Assembly (NCBI GenBank): GCA_041391385.1
Contig: JAWKOD010000002.1
Coordinates: forward strand, 173,659 to 237,658
Direction: 5' to 3'
From: Bdellovibrionota bacterium
GTDB lineage: Bacteria > Bdellovibrionota > UBA2428
Length of the DNA stretch: 64,000 nucleotides
Shown here: positions 1 through 10,538 of the stretch, in pieces
How the letters are laid out: every line of letters starts with the position of its first letter
How positions within the stretch are numbered: the first letter of the stretch is position 1
Notes under the pieces: generated by a model
The model's input: the letters and a program-made list of their open reading frames with translations, nothing else
Database searches by the model: none
What the model was told of the DNA's origin: nothing
Program-made: the position numbers and the translations under genes

Positions 1-1005
1 CAAGTTATTGTCTCTACGGTTTCTCATGTCGGAAATACGGGATTCACCGAAGAAGACATGGAAAGTCATTGCATCTGGGCCGAGGGGTTGGTGCTTCGTC
101 ACTTGTCCTCTAAAGCTTCGAGCTGGCGAGCTAAAACATCTTTATTACAATGGGTTCTGAAAGAGAAAAAATTTCTTCTCCACAAAGTAGACACGCGTTT
201 ATTAGCTATTCACTTACGTAATGAAGGGTCTCAGCGAGGAGTTGTCTTTGAACGAGGAACGATGAGCGATTCAGAAGCTCTTGCCTCAATGGACAAGTGC
301 ATTCCTCCCATGAAGAACCTTGAACTTTTGAGCGAAGTTACATGTGCTAAGAGCAATCCTTTCGAGGATCGCGAAATGTATTGGCCACAATTTGAGACAA
401 GACATTTAGAAAATGCTCCTCGCATTGCGCTGCTTGATTATGGAGTTAAAACAAATACTCCGAGAATTCTTTCACGCATGGGGTGTGAGGTTATACTTTT
501 ACCCGCTAAAAGTTCTGCGGCAGATATTTTGGAAGCAGGACGAGATGGCATTTTCTTGAGCAATGGCCCTGGTGATCCCGAGGCGGCTACACAAGTAGTT
601 GCTGAGTTAAAAAAAGTGATTGGAAAAAAACCGCTCTTTGGTATTTGTATGGGGCACCAGCTTTTAGCGCTCGCGCTAGGGGCAAAAACTTATAAACTTA
701 AATTTGGTCACAGGGGGATTCATCACCCTGTTGTTCAAGTAAAGAAGGGTGTAAGCACAGGTAAAACACTTATTACGAGTCAAAACCATGGTTTTGCTGT
801 GGATGAGGATTCACTCCCTCAAGGAGTTGAGGTTACCTTTCGTCACGCAAATGATTTATCAAATGAGGGCATTTGTAACGAAAGCCTGCGTTGTTCGTCA
901 GTGCAATTTCACCCTGAGGCTGCACCAGGTCCCTTCGATGGCTTATTCTTTTTTGAGGAGTTTCTCAGGGAAGTTTTGAGTAGCGACAATAAAGGAGTCA
1001 AGTAG
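1..1005 (+). CDS. carA: Carbamoyl-phosphate synthase small subunit (5' end outside the window)
   Basis: Frame is open from base 1 (QVIVSTVSHVGNTG...). Class I glutamine amidotransferase motifs LSNGPGDP, GICMGHQ, TSQNHGFAV and QFHPEA are present. Confidence 0.95.
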   Translation, partial: QVIVSTVSHVGNTGFTEEDMESHCIWAEGLVLRHLSSKASSWRAKTSLLQWVLKEKKFLLHKVDTRLLAIHLRNEGSQRGVVFERGTMSDSEALASMDKCIPPMKNLELLSEVTCAKSNPFEDREMYWPQFETRHLENAPRIALLDYGVKTNTPRILSRMGCEVILLPAKSSAADILEAGRDGIFLSNGPGDPEAATQVVAELKKVIGKKPLFGICMGHQLLALALGAKTYKLKFGHRGIHHPVVQVKKGVSTGKTLITSQNHGFAVDEDSLPQGVEVTFRHANDLSNEGICNESLRCSSVQFHPEAAPGPFDGLFFFEEFLREVLSSDNKGVK

Positions 1006-1643
1006 TGAACCTTGAGCCATACATCTCGGAAATTTTAGAAACTTACGGTAAGGGATCTTATTACGATGAGATTAAGCGTGCTAAGGAACATTATTTTACA
1101 CGCGCCTTTAAGGTCGCTGAGGGTTCAGATCGATACGAAAGCGAACTCAATCAGTTTTTTGATTGGTTTGTTTTTGAGAGAAATCTTGAGAGAGAAGAGT
1201 TACCTCCCATTCGACTTTTTTCTAAAGAAGAAACGGCTGAAATGCCGGAAGATAAAATTAAAGTTTTTGATGCGCTTGGAAACTCGTTTAGTTCTGTTTT
1301 TGAGTTGCTCAAAATAAAAGAAGATGAAGCCGTTATAAAAGATCTCTTCGATAAAGAAAGTTATGTGATTGAGGATATTGAAAATCCTAAAATCTTTCAA
1401 AAGGGAGATATCTTTCAAGCGCGCCTAGTTCCCTTCGACGATAAAATTATTTTTTCAACTGCCTACTTGTTTCACCCAAAGGAAGCTAAGGCTTATTTGA
1501 AGAAAGAAATTAAGAAAATTAAAAACTTAAGAGGAGAGCATAAAAAAGAACTTATGCTTCGTCTCGCACTTATGAAACATCGCTCTGAGCAGTATCCACA
1601 TATCGATGTTTCTCACATCTATTCGGAGAAGCCGATCATATGA
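1005..1643 (+). CDS. Hypothetical protein (212 aa) between carA and carB
   Basis: Long ORF whose start and stop overlap carA and carB; no motif recognised. Confidence 0.75.
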   Translation: MNLEPYISEILETYGKGSYYDEIKRAKEHYFTRAFKVAEGSDRYESELNQFFDWFVFERNLEREELPPIRLFSKEETAEMPEDKIKVFDALGNSFSSVFELLKIKEDEAVIKDLFDKESYVIEDIENPKIFQKGDIFQARLVPFDDKIIFSTAYLFHPKEAKAYLKKEIKKIKNLRGEHKKELMLRLALMKHRSEQYPHIDVSHIYSEKPII

Positions 1644-4600
1644 GTCAGACAGTTCTTATTTTAGGAAGCGGACCCATTATCATAGGCCAGGCATGTGAGT
1701 TTGATTACTCCGGCACACAGGCTTGTCTTGCACTTAAAGAAGAAGGTCGTAGAGTTGTTCTCGTAAATTCAAATCCAGCTACAATCATGACTGATCCCGG
1801 AATTGCGGATCGCACCTACATCGAAGCACTTGATCCTATTATGGTGATCCAAATTATTAAAAAAGAGGGCGTTAGCGCAATTCTTCCCACTATGGGAGGT
1901 CAAACGGCTTTGAACCTTATGTTAGCTCTTTCTAAGATACCAGGAGCTTTGGATGGGGTTGAAGTTATTGGTGCTAATTTAAAAGCAATTCACCTCGCAG
2001 AAGATCGCAGAGCCTTTAGAGAAGTGTGTGAAAACCTTGGTTGCGATGTTCCTCGTTCGGCAATTATTCGCTCGCTTGAAGAGTGCGAAGCCTTTGCGGC
2101 TGAAGTGGGCTATCCCTTTATTTTACGTCCTAGTTTTACTATGGGTGGTACAGGGCAGAGTTTTGTTTACAGCGAAGCTGAACTTAAAAACAAAGCAACC
2201 GCAGCTATTTTTGAAAGTCCCATTGGCGAAGTCCTCGTTGAAGAAAGTGTTCTTGGCTGGAAAGAGTTTGAACTCGAAGTCATGCGCGATCGTTTGGATA
2301 ACGCCATTGTTGTTTGCAGTATTGGAAAACTTAGACGCCATGGGCGTTCATACGGGCGACTTATTACGGTAGCGCTCAGCAGACACTAACGGATAAAGAG
2401 TATCAGGCTATGCGCCGAGATGCTTGAGAATATCTGTGAAGTCTGTTAGCGTTGAGACTGGCGGTTGTAATGTGCAATTTGCGGTTAATCCTACAGACGG
2501 CAGACGGGTTGTTATCGAAAATGAATCCTCGCGTGTCTCGTTCTTCTGCACCGCATCAAAAGCAACGGGATTTCCACCAGCTTATGTGGCCACAAAACTT
2601 GCTCTCGGAAAAAGTCTGGTGGACGTAGATGGTAATCAGACAAAAAAACGAAGGGGTCGCATTTGAGCCAACAATCGATTACGTTGCAGTGAAAATCCCT
2701 CGATGGGATTTTGAAAAATTTTCAGGATCAAAAGATGAATTGCTTCCACAAATGCAAAGTGTAGGTGAGGCTTTGGCTTTGGGTGGTTCTTTTGCAGAAG
2801 CATATCACAAAGCACTTAACTCACTTGAGCAAAAATGGCCGAATGGTGATTCCGCTCTTATGCCTGATCTGTCTCATGCCCACTCAAAAAGAGCCTTTCA
2901 AATTTGGGATACTTTAGCTAAAGGCGCAGCTCCAGATGAAGTCGCGAAGGCTTCGGGCTGGGACGCCTGGTTTACACGTGAACTTGTAGAATATATGCAC
3001 GAATACAAAATGGGAGCGAAGGCTACAAGTCTTAAGCTTTCTTCTTCAGCACATTATCCTATGATTGATACATGCTCTGGAGAAATTCCTGCGCAAACTC
3101 CATTTTATTATTCAACTCGCGAGACGCTTGCTCGTGATGAGAAAACTTATTCTGATCTTTTCCCTCAGCCGACTAAGACAGCAAAAAAAGTTGTCATATT
3201 GGGCTCAGGCCCTAATCGCATTGGGCAAGGTGTTGAGTTTGATTATTGCTGTGTTCACGCCTCTAAAACTTTGCAGCGACTTGGTTTTGAAACCATTATG
3301 ATCAACTGCAACCCTGAGACAGTGAGTACGGATCCTAAGACTTCTACTCGACTCTATTTAGACCCTCTTCATGCAGATACTGTAAAAGATATTCTTGAAA
3401 GAGAACTGGACCCCTCTCACCCTGAACATTTTGTTCTTTTGCAAACAGGTGGACAAACACCTCTGAAACTTTCTAAACAAGTCGAAGCCTGGGGGTATAA
3501 AATTCTTGGCAGTTCTCAGGAGGCCATTGATCTTTTTGAAGACCGATCTCGCTTTGCAGAGATGTTAGAAGGCCTGGGGATTCTTTATCCTGCTTTTAGA
3601 GTGGCAAAATCTAAAGAAGAAGCAACAAGCGTTATTAAAGATTTGGGCTTTCCTCTTTTAGTTCGACCTTCTTATGTGTTGGGTGGCCGAGGAATGCGCA
3701 TTTGCGAAAACGAAGCCGAGGTTATGCAGACTATCGGAGAAGCTTTAGATATTAGCGAAGAGCATCCAGTGTTTATTGATCGCTTTTTGGTTGGAGCTGT
3801 AGAGTTTGACGTGGATGGAATTTGCGACGGGAAAAAAGCCTGGATCGGTGGCGTTATGGAACACGTTGAAGAAGCGGGTATTCATAGCGGAGACTCCGCA
3901 TGTGTGATTCCACCCTTTAGGTTGCCGCCTAATAAAATTGATGAAATGGCAGGCATAGCCAAGAAGATTGCAATAAAGTCGAATACTCGAGGGCTTTTCA
4001 ATGTGCAGATGGCCGTTGCAAATGATCAGATCTATGTGATTGAAGGAAACCCGCGAGCTTCGCGAACTCTCCCTTTTTTGGCAAAGGCTACTGGTTACCC
4101 CATGATTGATTGGGGCTTGCGTGCGGCACTTGGAGAGAATGTTGCAGACATTACCAAAGAAGGAAATATCCCAGGGAACTACAGACTTCCAGGACATGGC
4201 TTTGCTGTAAAAATGCCAGTTTTTCCATTCAATAAATTTAAAGGTTTTGACCCCGTGTTGGGTCCCGAAATGCGAAGCACAGGTGAGGTAATGGGTATTG
4301 ATCTTTCTCCTGGACCTGCATTTGCAAAAGCATTTTTAGGAGCAGGAATTTCTCTTCCAACGCGTGGGAGAGTGCTTTTTTCAGTCAAGGATTCAGATAA
4401 ACATAAGGCGCTTAACATCGCGCGCCTTTTTGAGTTCTTGGGCTTTGAAGTTGTGGGAACTCCTGGCACGGCTGATTACTTAACTCGAGCAGGAGTAGGT
4501 GCTTTTTCTATCCCTAAAATTGGACAGGGAAATGATGATGAAAATCTTTTGGCCTGGATTCGGGATGAAAAAATACAGCTCGTAGTCAACACTCCAGGGT

Positions 4601-4776
4601 CTAGAGGAAGCTTGCGTGACGGGGAGAGTATTCGTCAAATGGCGTTGAAATATAGGGTCCCACTTCTCTCTACATTGTCGGGTGCGGAGATGGCTTGCTT
4701 GGCCATACAAGCGGTTAAAAAAGCGGATATTAAAGTCTTGGCGCTTCAGGACTTTGTCCATGAAACCCTCTTTTAA
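1640..4776 (+). CDS. carB: Carbamoyl-phosphate synthase large subunit, with several 1-nt indels around 2320-2630
   Basis: Both halves present (ILGSGPIIIGQACEFDYSG and ILGSGPNRIGQGVEFDYCC), two ATP-grasp units and a C-terminal MGS domain. The expected SIENLDAMGVHTGD and GGCNVQFAV segments hop between frames. Confidence 0.92.
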
Positions 4777-4816
4777 GCTTTAGCCACCCTTTATATTTCA
4801 TGTTAGCTTACTTGGC

Positions 4817-5290
4817 ATGTCAGATAGGATCCTCATTACTGTTAAGGGCAAAGCGGCCATCGAGGAAGAGCTTCGCGAGCTCAAAAACGTTGCTCGTCCA
4901 GAGGTTATTGCTGAAATAGCTGAGGCTCGATCGCATGGAGACTTGTCTGAGAACGCAGATTATGCGGCGGCTAAAGAAAAGCAGGCTTTTATAGAGGGGC
5001 GTATTCAAGAGCTAGGAGATAAAATTGCTCGGTCTGAGGTGATTGACCCTTCAACTCTTAAAAGCGAGAAGGTTGTTTTTGGAGCAACCGTTACAGTAGA
5101 AAATGATGATGGCGATTCGTTCGTTTATCAAATTGTAGGTGAGCCTGAGGCAAATATTGAGAGTGGTAAGCTTTCTTTGAGTGCGCCACTTGCTCGAGCC
5201 TTACTTGGAAAAGAAGTGGGCGATGAAGTTCAAGTTCAAAGCCCAAAGGGCAAAGTAGCTTACACTATAGCGAATCTCGAATATAAATAA
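4817..5290 (+). CDS. greA: Transcription elongation factor GreA
   Basis: ARSHGDLSENADY motif and C-terminal APLARALLGKEVGD. Confidence 0.97.
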   Translation: MSDRILITVKGKAAIEEELRELKNVARPEVIAEIAEARSHGDLSENADYAAAKEKQAFIEGRIQELGDKIARSEVIDPSTLKSEKVVFGATVTVENDDGDSFVYQIVGEPEANIESGKLSLSAPLARALLGKEVGDEVQVQSPKGKVAYTIANLEYK

Positions 5291-5324
5291 GTTGCTTTAG
5301 GGCGAGAGAGGGGATCCTTTTTGC

Positions 5325-7448
5325 ATGAAAGAAACGGCATCAACTCGAGCAAGCTCTAAAACTTCAGCAAAAAAATTACCTTCTAAACTACAAAAGCAAC
5401 TTGAAGAAGCCGGGTTTAAGAAACTTACTGAGCTACTTTTGCATCTGCCTCGTCGTTACGAGGACAGAAGAAATCCACTCGTCTTTGAAGAGCTAGAGGA
5501 AAAGGTGTCTCAGCCTGTTCTCGCGCAGGGAGTAGTTGAGCGCTATATCCCTCGTTTTGGAGGTGGGCGTCGTTGGCTAGAGGCAGTGATCCGCGTTCCT
5601 TCTCGTTTGCCGACTCCCGCGTATATTTATTTAGTTTGGTTTCATAAATTTATTCAAGCCATACAAAAAGGATACCCGCCAGGAACTGAAATCTTTTTTA
5701 CTGGCAAGATGCAGCGTTTTCAAAGCCGCCTACAAATTGTTCATCCTGAAATGTCTAAGGAGTCTGGGCAAAAGTTAGGTTTTGGTGAAATCATTCCTAT
5801 TTATCCTCAAGTCGAGGGGATAACTCCTAAGAAGTTACGCGAAACAATTCGTTTTGTGTTGGATAACCATTTGAGCGAAACAATTGATCCTGTTCCTGAA
5901 GAAATCTCAAAGAAGTTTTCATTGGTTCATGTTTCAGAAGCTTTGTCTGAGTTACATCATCCGACAAAGTGGAATCCTACTACGATCCTGGATCCACTAA
6001 GTGCTACCGTAAACCCCTATTTTAAAAAGCTCGTTTTTGATGAGTTTTTTTATTTTTCATTGGGATTAGAAAAGTTACGAAAGGATTTAGGTCGAGAGCT
6101 TCGCCATAAAAAAGTAGCACGCTTGGAATGGAAAACAGAAGTAAAGTTTCCTTTTGAACTTACGGGAGACCAAGTGTCTTCGCTCGAAGCTGTTAAAGAA
6201 GATTTTAAAAAAGACATCCCTATGCACAGACTTATTCAAGGTGATGTGGGCTCGGGTAAAACAGCCGTGGCCTTTAGCGCGCTTATTCAGTGTGCAGCGA
6301 ATGGGCATCAGGGGGCGATGTTGGCTCCAACTCAAATTCTTGCGACTCAACATTTTGAGAACTTCTGTAAGTTTTTTCCTGAATTCCAGCACCAAGCAGT
6401 TTTACTCACAGGCGCTCTAAAAGAATCTTTAAAAAAAGAAAAGCGAGCTGATGTTAAAAGCGGTTCGGCTCAATTTGTGTTTGGCACGCAGGCTCTACTC
6501 AGTCGCTTAACTCAGTTTGATTCACTTGCCTTAGTCGTTGTTGATGAACAACATCGTTTTGGTGTTGAGCAAAGAAGGGAGCTGGCGAGTAAATCAAAAA
6601 TAGTTCCCCATCTCTTGGTGATGACGGCTACTCCCATTCCTAGGTCCTTGGCCCTTACTCTTTATGGAGATTTGGATGTTTCAGTTATTCGTGAAAAGCC
6701 CAAGGGGCGAGGCGAGATAAAAACTTATCTTTTGCGTAAAAAGCAAAAAGAAAAGCTAGCAGAACGTCTTTTAAGTTTATTGTCTGGAGGGCATCAGGCC
6801 TACATTGTGTACCCTCTTGTGGAAGACTCAGAACTTCTTGAAAATGTTGAAAGCGTCACAGAATCCTTTAAGGAGTGGACCTCGCTTTTATCTCCTCATT
6901 CAGTGGGCTTATTGCATGGAAAAATGAAAGCTGCCGAGAAAGACTTGGCGATGAATGCTTTTCGCAGGGGCGAAATAAAGGTTTTAGTTTCCACAACGGT
7001 TATTGAGGTCGGCGTTGATGTTCCCAATGCAACTCTCATGATTATAGAAAACGCAGAGCGCTTTGGACTCAGTCAGTTGCATCAATTAAGAGGACGTGTG
7101 GGTAGAGGCGCGGCAGAGAGCGTGTGTGCTCTTGTTGTACCTGATGAGATTACGCCAGAAATAGAACAGCGCTTAAATGTAGTTATCGGAACAAATGATG
7201 GCTTTAAAATTGCTGAAGCTGATTTAGTTCTTAGGGGCCCTGGAGATTTCTTAGGTGTTCGCCAAAGTGGATCAAGTGCTTTTAAAACAGCGCACCTTAT
7301 TCGCGACTTAAAAACTCTCGAACAAGCAAAGCAAGCTGCCAAAGAGCTTTTTGCTCGAGATCCCGAACTGAAAGCTCCACAAAATTCTTACCTGGCATTT
7401 TTATTAGAGGCTACAAGTATCCCCACTGAAAGACTTAGAAGTGGTTAG
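5325..7448 (+). CDS. recG: ATP-dependent DNA helicase RecG
   Basis: LLLHLPRRYEDR N-terminus, QGDVGSGKT, DEQHRFG, MTATPIPR, QLHQLRGRVGRG and TRG motif DLVLRGPG. Confidence 0.97.
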   Translation: MKETASTRASSKTSAKKLPSKLQKQLEEAGFKKLTELLLHLPRRYEDRRNPLVFEELEEKVSQPVLAQGVVERYIPRFGGGRRWLEAVIRVPSRLPTPAYIYLVWFHKFIQAIQKGYPPGTEIFFTGKMQRFQSRLQIVHPEMSKESGQKLGFGEIIPIYPQVEGITPKKLRETIRFVLDNHLSETIDPVPEEISKKFSLVHVSEALSELHHPTKWNPTTILDPLSATVNPYFKKLVFDEFFYFSLGLEKLRKDLGRELRHKKVARLEWKTEVKFPFELTGDQVSSLEAVKEDFKKDIPMHRLIQGDVGSGKTAVAFSALIQCAANGHQGAMLAPTQILATQHFENFCKFFPEFQHQAVLLTGALKESLKKEKRADVKSGSAQFVFGTQALLSRLTQFDSLALVVVDEQHRFGVEQRRELASKSKIVPHLLVMTATPIPRSLALTLYGDLDVSVIREKPKGRGEIKTYLLRKKQKEKLAERLLSLLSGGHQAYIVYPLVEDSELLENVESVTESFKEWTSLLSPHSVGLLHGKMKAAEKDLAMNAFRRGEIKVLVSTTVIEVGVDVPNATLMIIENAERFGLSQLHQLRGRVGRGAAESVCALVVPDEITPEIEQRLNVVIGTNDGFKIAEADLVLRGPGDFLGVRQSGSSAFKTAHLIRDLKTLEQAKQAAKELFARDPELKAPQNSYLAFLLEATSIPTERLRSG

Positions 7449-8238
7449 TGCTTTGGAACTTAATACGCATGAAGAATTTGTAGAGCTTTCAAATGCAAAA
7501 CTTTATGTGAAGTGCTGGAAGCCAAAGCACAATACGAACTTAACTCCAATTATACTTTTTCACGATTCACTTGGATCTGTTGAGTTGTGGCGGGGCTTTC
7601 CTGAGCGTTTGTGTCGAACGCTAAAGCGACCTGTTATTGCCTATGATAGATGGGGCTATGGAAAGTCGAGTCCTAGAGAGTCAACCCTAGAGTTAACTTT
7701 TATCCAGGATGAAGTGACAACACATTTAAGCGAGCTAATTGAAAAGTTAAAACTTCATCGATTTGCTCTTTATGGTCATAGTGTTGGAGGCGCGATGGCT
7801 ATTGTTGGAGCAGCGTTAAAGTCTGAGCTTTGCGATTTTGTTATTAGTGAGTCAGCTCAGAGTTTTGTAGAAGAGAGAACTCTTCAGGGAATTAAAAAAG
7901 CGAGAGCTTCTTTTCGAAGTCCTGATTTATTTTCAAGGCTGAGTAAATATCATGGTGATAAGGCCGCTTGGGTTTTAAAGGCCTGGACGGAAACGTGGTT
8001 GGCGGAGGAGTTTAGGGATTGGAGTTTAAGGTCTTATTTGCCTCAGGTTAAGTGCCCAGTTTTAGCAATCCACGGGGACAACGATGAGTTTGGAAGTGTA
8101 AACTTTCCAAAGTTAATTTGTGAATTGGCAGGTGCCTCTTCAAGAATGCTTTTGTTGGAAGACTGTGGACATGTTCCTCATAACGAATGTGAGTCGCAGG
8201 TTTTTGAAGAGATATCGCGTTTCGTGGAGTCTTTGTAG
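7441..8238 (+). CDS. Alpha/beta fold hydrolase
   Basis: FHDSLG oxyanion region, GHSVGG nucleophile elbow, HGDNDE acid and CGHVPH histidine. Confidence 0.9.
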   Translation: MVSALELNTHEEFVELSNAKLYVKCWKPKHNTNLTPIILFHDSLGSVELWRGFPERLCRTLKRPVIAYDRWGYGKSSPRESTLELTFIQDEVTTHLSELIEKLKLHRFALYGHSVGGAMAIVGAALKSELCDFVISESAQSFVEERTLQGIKKARASFRSPDLFSRLSKYHGDKAAWVLKAWTETWLAEEFRDWSLRSYLPQVKCPVLAIHGDNDEFGSVNFPKLICELAGASSRMLLLEDCGHVPHNECESQVFEEISRFVESL

Positions 8239-8295
8239 CGGGGGCTTTGTAAATACTGTCTTGATAACGAGACGTTCTTTTGTTTTTCTATCAGC

Positions 8296-9240
8296 TTGAA
8301 ACTTAAATTAAATCCTAATGCTCTTGTTTTAATCTTTCTTTTTTCCACATTAAGCTGTTCGCATACTCATAAAGACAACAAGCCAAAGAGTAGCCTAAGG
8401 GGTTATGAGTTAAAAAATACTCTTCGAGTTGCGACTTCACAGTATAAGATTCAGGGCAACCAAAGTGTTGATGGCATCTCTCGTAAGGTAGAGGCTCTTA
8501 TTAAAGAGGCAGCAGCTAAAAAAGCAGAGCTTTTAATTTTCCCAGAACTTTTTGTTTTAGATGCATGGCCTTTAAAATCTAAAAAGACCGAAGCCGAAAT
8601 TGTTCAGCTCATGATTAACGAATACGCGCCTGCTCTTTTGGAGCAAGCTAAACAGTGGAGTGAGCAATATCAAATTGCTATTCTTTTGGGTTCTTTTCCA
8701 CGCGTAACTTCATCATCTAAAATTCGAAACACTGCGTATTTGTTTTTTTCAAATGGAGAGGTCTTCTTTCAAGACAAAGTTTACTTAACAGCGTGGGAAA
8801 AAAGCATGGGCTGGGAGGCTGGAGAAGCTATTCAGGTTCGTGATTCACCTTTGGGTAGATTCGTTATATTGATTTGCTATGACGTTGAATTTCCAAAAAT
8901 TTCTCAAGATCTTGTCACAGAAAAACCAGAACTTATTTTAGTGCCCTCGATGACTGAAAGTCTGAGCGGACTAGAACGTGTTCGTTGGGCCGCTCAGGCT
9001 AGAGCTGTAGAGCATCATGCGTTTGTCGTTATAAGTGGCACCGTTGGGAAAGTTTCTAGGGACTGGGTTCATTACGGGCAAGCAGCTTTTGTTTCGCCTA
9101 GAGATAATTTTTTTAAAGAGAAGGTCGTCCAAGGGATATTGAATAAACCTGGCCTCGTCTTTTCTGAGTTGAATTTAAAAAAGCTCAGGGAAAGTCGTAA
9201 GCAGTCAAAATATTACCCCGCTAAAGATCAGGCCCTTTAG
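8296..9240 (+). CDS. Carbon-nitrogen hydrolase (nitrilase superfamily), probable lipoprotein
   Basis: Triad motifs IFPEL, QDK and ICYDVEFP; RWAAQARAVE; lipobox-like LSC near the N-terminus. Confidence 0.88.
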   Translation: MKLKLNPNALVLIFLFSTLSCSHTHKDNKPKSSLRGYELKNTLRVATSQYKIQGNQSVDGISRKVEALIKEAAAKKAELLIFPELFVLDAWPLKSKKTEAEIVQLMINEYAPALLEQAKQWSEQYQIAILLGSFPRVTSSSKIRNTAYLFFSNGEVFFQDKVYLTAWEKSMGWEAGEAIQVRDSPLGRFVILICYDVEFPKISQDLVTEKPELILVPSMTESLSGLERVRWAAQARAVEHHAFVVISGTVGKVSRDWVHYGQAAFVSPRDNFFKEKVVQGILNKPGLVFSELNLKKLRESRKQSKYYPAKDQAL

Positions 9241-9400
9241 ATTTCCTCTCCCGTTGAAAAAAGCTGCGGAGCGGCATTTTGCGCTCCTGGCCCTGCTATT
9301 TTTGGGGAGATATTTGCAGATAAGCTAGTAAATTCAGCGACCTATGCCTCTGCTCTTTTCGCTCGTTTGAGCATTTAAAGTATGGTATTTATATGCATCT

Positions 9401-9598
9401 ATGAGTATCTCGCACTTAGTTCTACTCTTCTTGATTCTCTTGATCATTTTTGGCCCAACTCGTCTTGAGGGAATTGGCGTATCGCTCGGGAAAGCTATCC
9501 GTGGCTTTAAAAAAGGCATGGAAGAAGGCTCTACTGCTGAGACAGAACAAAAAACGGAACAAAAAAACGACGCTCCTACACCTACAACTCAAGCATAA
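9401..9598 (+). CDS. tatA: Twin-arginine translocase subunit TatA/E
   Basis: N-terminal TM helix, FGP hinge and amphipathic LGKAIRGFKK. Confidence 0.93.
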   Translation: MSISHLVLLFLILLIIFGPTRLEGIGVSLGKAIRGFKKGMEEGSTAETEQKTEQKNDAPTPTTQA

Positions 9599-9677
9599 GT
9601 TTTTTCATTTCTACTCCGTTATTTTTTTGGCTTAATTCTTTCTCCAGTCATCTCGCTTAGCTCCCGATAAACTCTAT

Positions 9678-10538
9678 GTGGAAGAGGCCAAAAAGCAAGG
9701 CTCTGCAGAATCTGCAGAAGCCGTAGAAAATCATTTAGAAAAAAAGCCACATGGTTATTTTTGGTTTGTCGCTCAAGGCACTTTGCTAAAAGGTCCTTAT
9801 TCTACAAGTGAGCTCAAAAAGCTTATTGCGAAAAAAGAAATATCAGAAAAGTTTTTTGCGTGGAGAGACGGCTATCATGAATGGCGCCCTCTTTATGGAA
9901 TTGATGAATTTAAACTTGGTGTGCAAGAAGACCTAAGCTATCCCAGTGTCCCTGTTCCCGGGACAGCTACTCATCCCTCAAAACAATCGCAGGCAGAAGT
10001 GAGTCGTCAGCAAAAAGTTCCTATCTACAAGGTTCGCTTTAATCGCTCACGTTGGAGTGACTTAAAAAAGACAGAAGTTGTTTTTTTATTTTTAGCTTCG
10101 CTAGCTTTTACAATGGCAATCTTAATGCTTTCGTTAAATGTTTTTGAAAAGCAGTGGGAGTCTGTTTGGGGAAAAAGAACAAGCGGAATGTTGTATAGCT
10201 TGGGGAAGGTTCCCGAGGCCTTGCCAAGTTATTTATATGAACCGGTACTCACAGCTCCAGGTTTAGAAAATCAAGAAACACACTTTGTTCCTGTTGAAAT
10301 AGAATCAGACATGGATCGCTTTAACACAGAACATTTTAGAGGAAGAAAAATTGAAAGTCATTTGGCACCTGAAGCGCTAGAGACTTTGGCTTGGGACAAG
10401 AGCAACACCTATATAAGACGCATGCGCGTGCAGGGCTACATTGATTTAAAAGATCCTAAGGCTTTGATAGTAGAAGTGCCTGGTCTTCCCTTTGAGCCTG
10501 TACTGTCTGAGCGTATTCCAAAATCTTTATTTGAATGA
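9678..10538 (+). CDS. GYF_2 (DUF4339)-domain membrane protein
   Basis: WF...GPY...EL...AWRDGYHEWRPL signature followed by one TM segment. Confidence 0.75.
   Translation: MEEAKKQGSAESAEAVENHLEKKPHGYFWFVAQGTLLKGPYSTSELKKLIAKKEISEKFFAWRDGYHEWRPLYGIDEFKLGVQEDLSYPSVPVPGTATHPSKQSQAEVSRQQKVPIYKVRFNRSRWSDLKKTEVVFLFLASLAFTMAILMLSLNVFEKQWESVWGKRTSGMLYSLGKVPEALPSYLYEPVLTAPGLENQETHFVPVEIESDMDRFNTEHFRGRKIESHLAPEALETLAWDKSNTYIRRMRVQGYIDLKDPKALIVEVPGLPFEPVLSERIPKSLFE

Noticed and set aside
1640-4776. carB, ampG and rapA as true pseudogenes
   Set aside because: Indels are clustered and catalytic motifs are intact, which fits sequencing error better.
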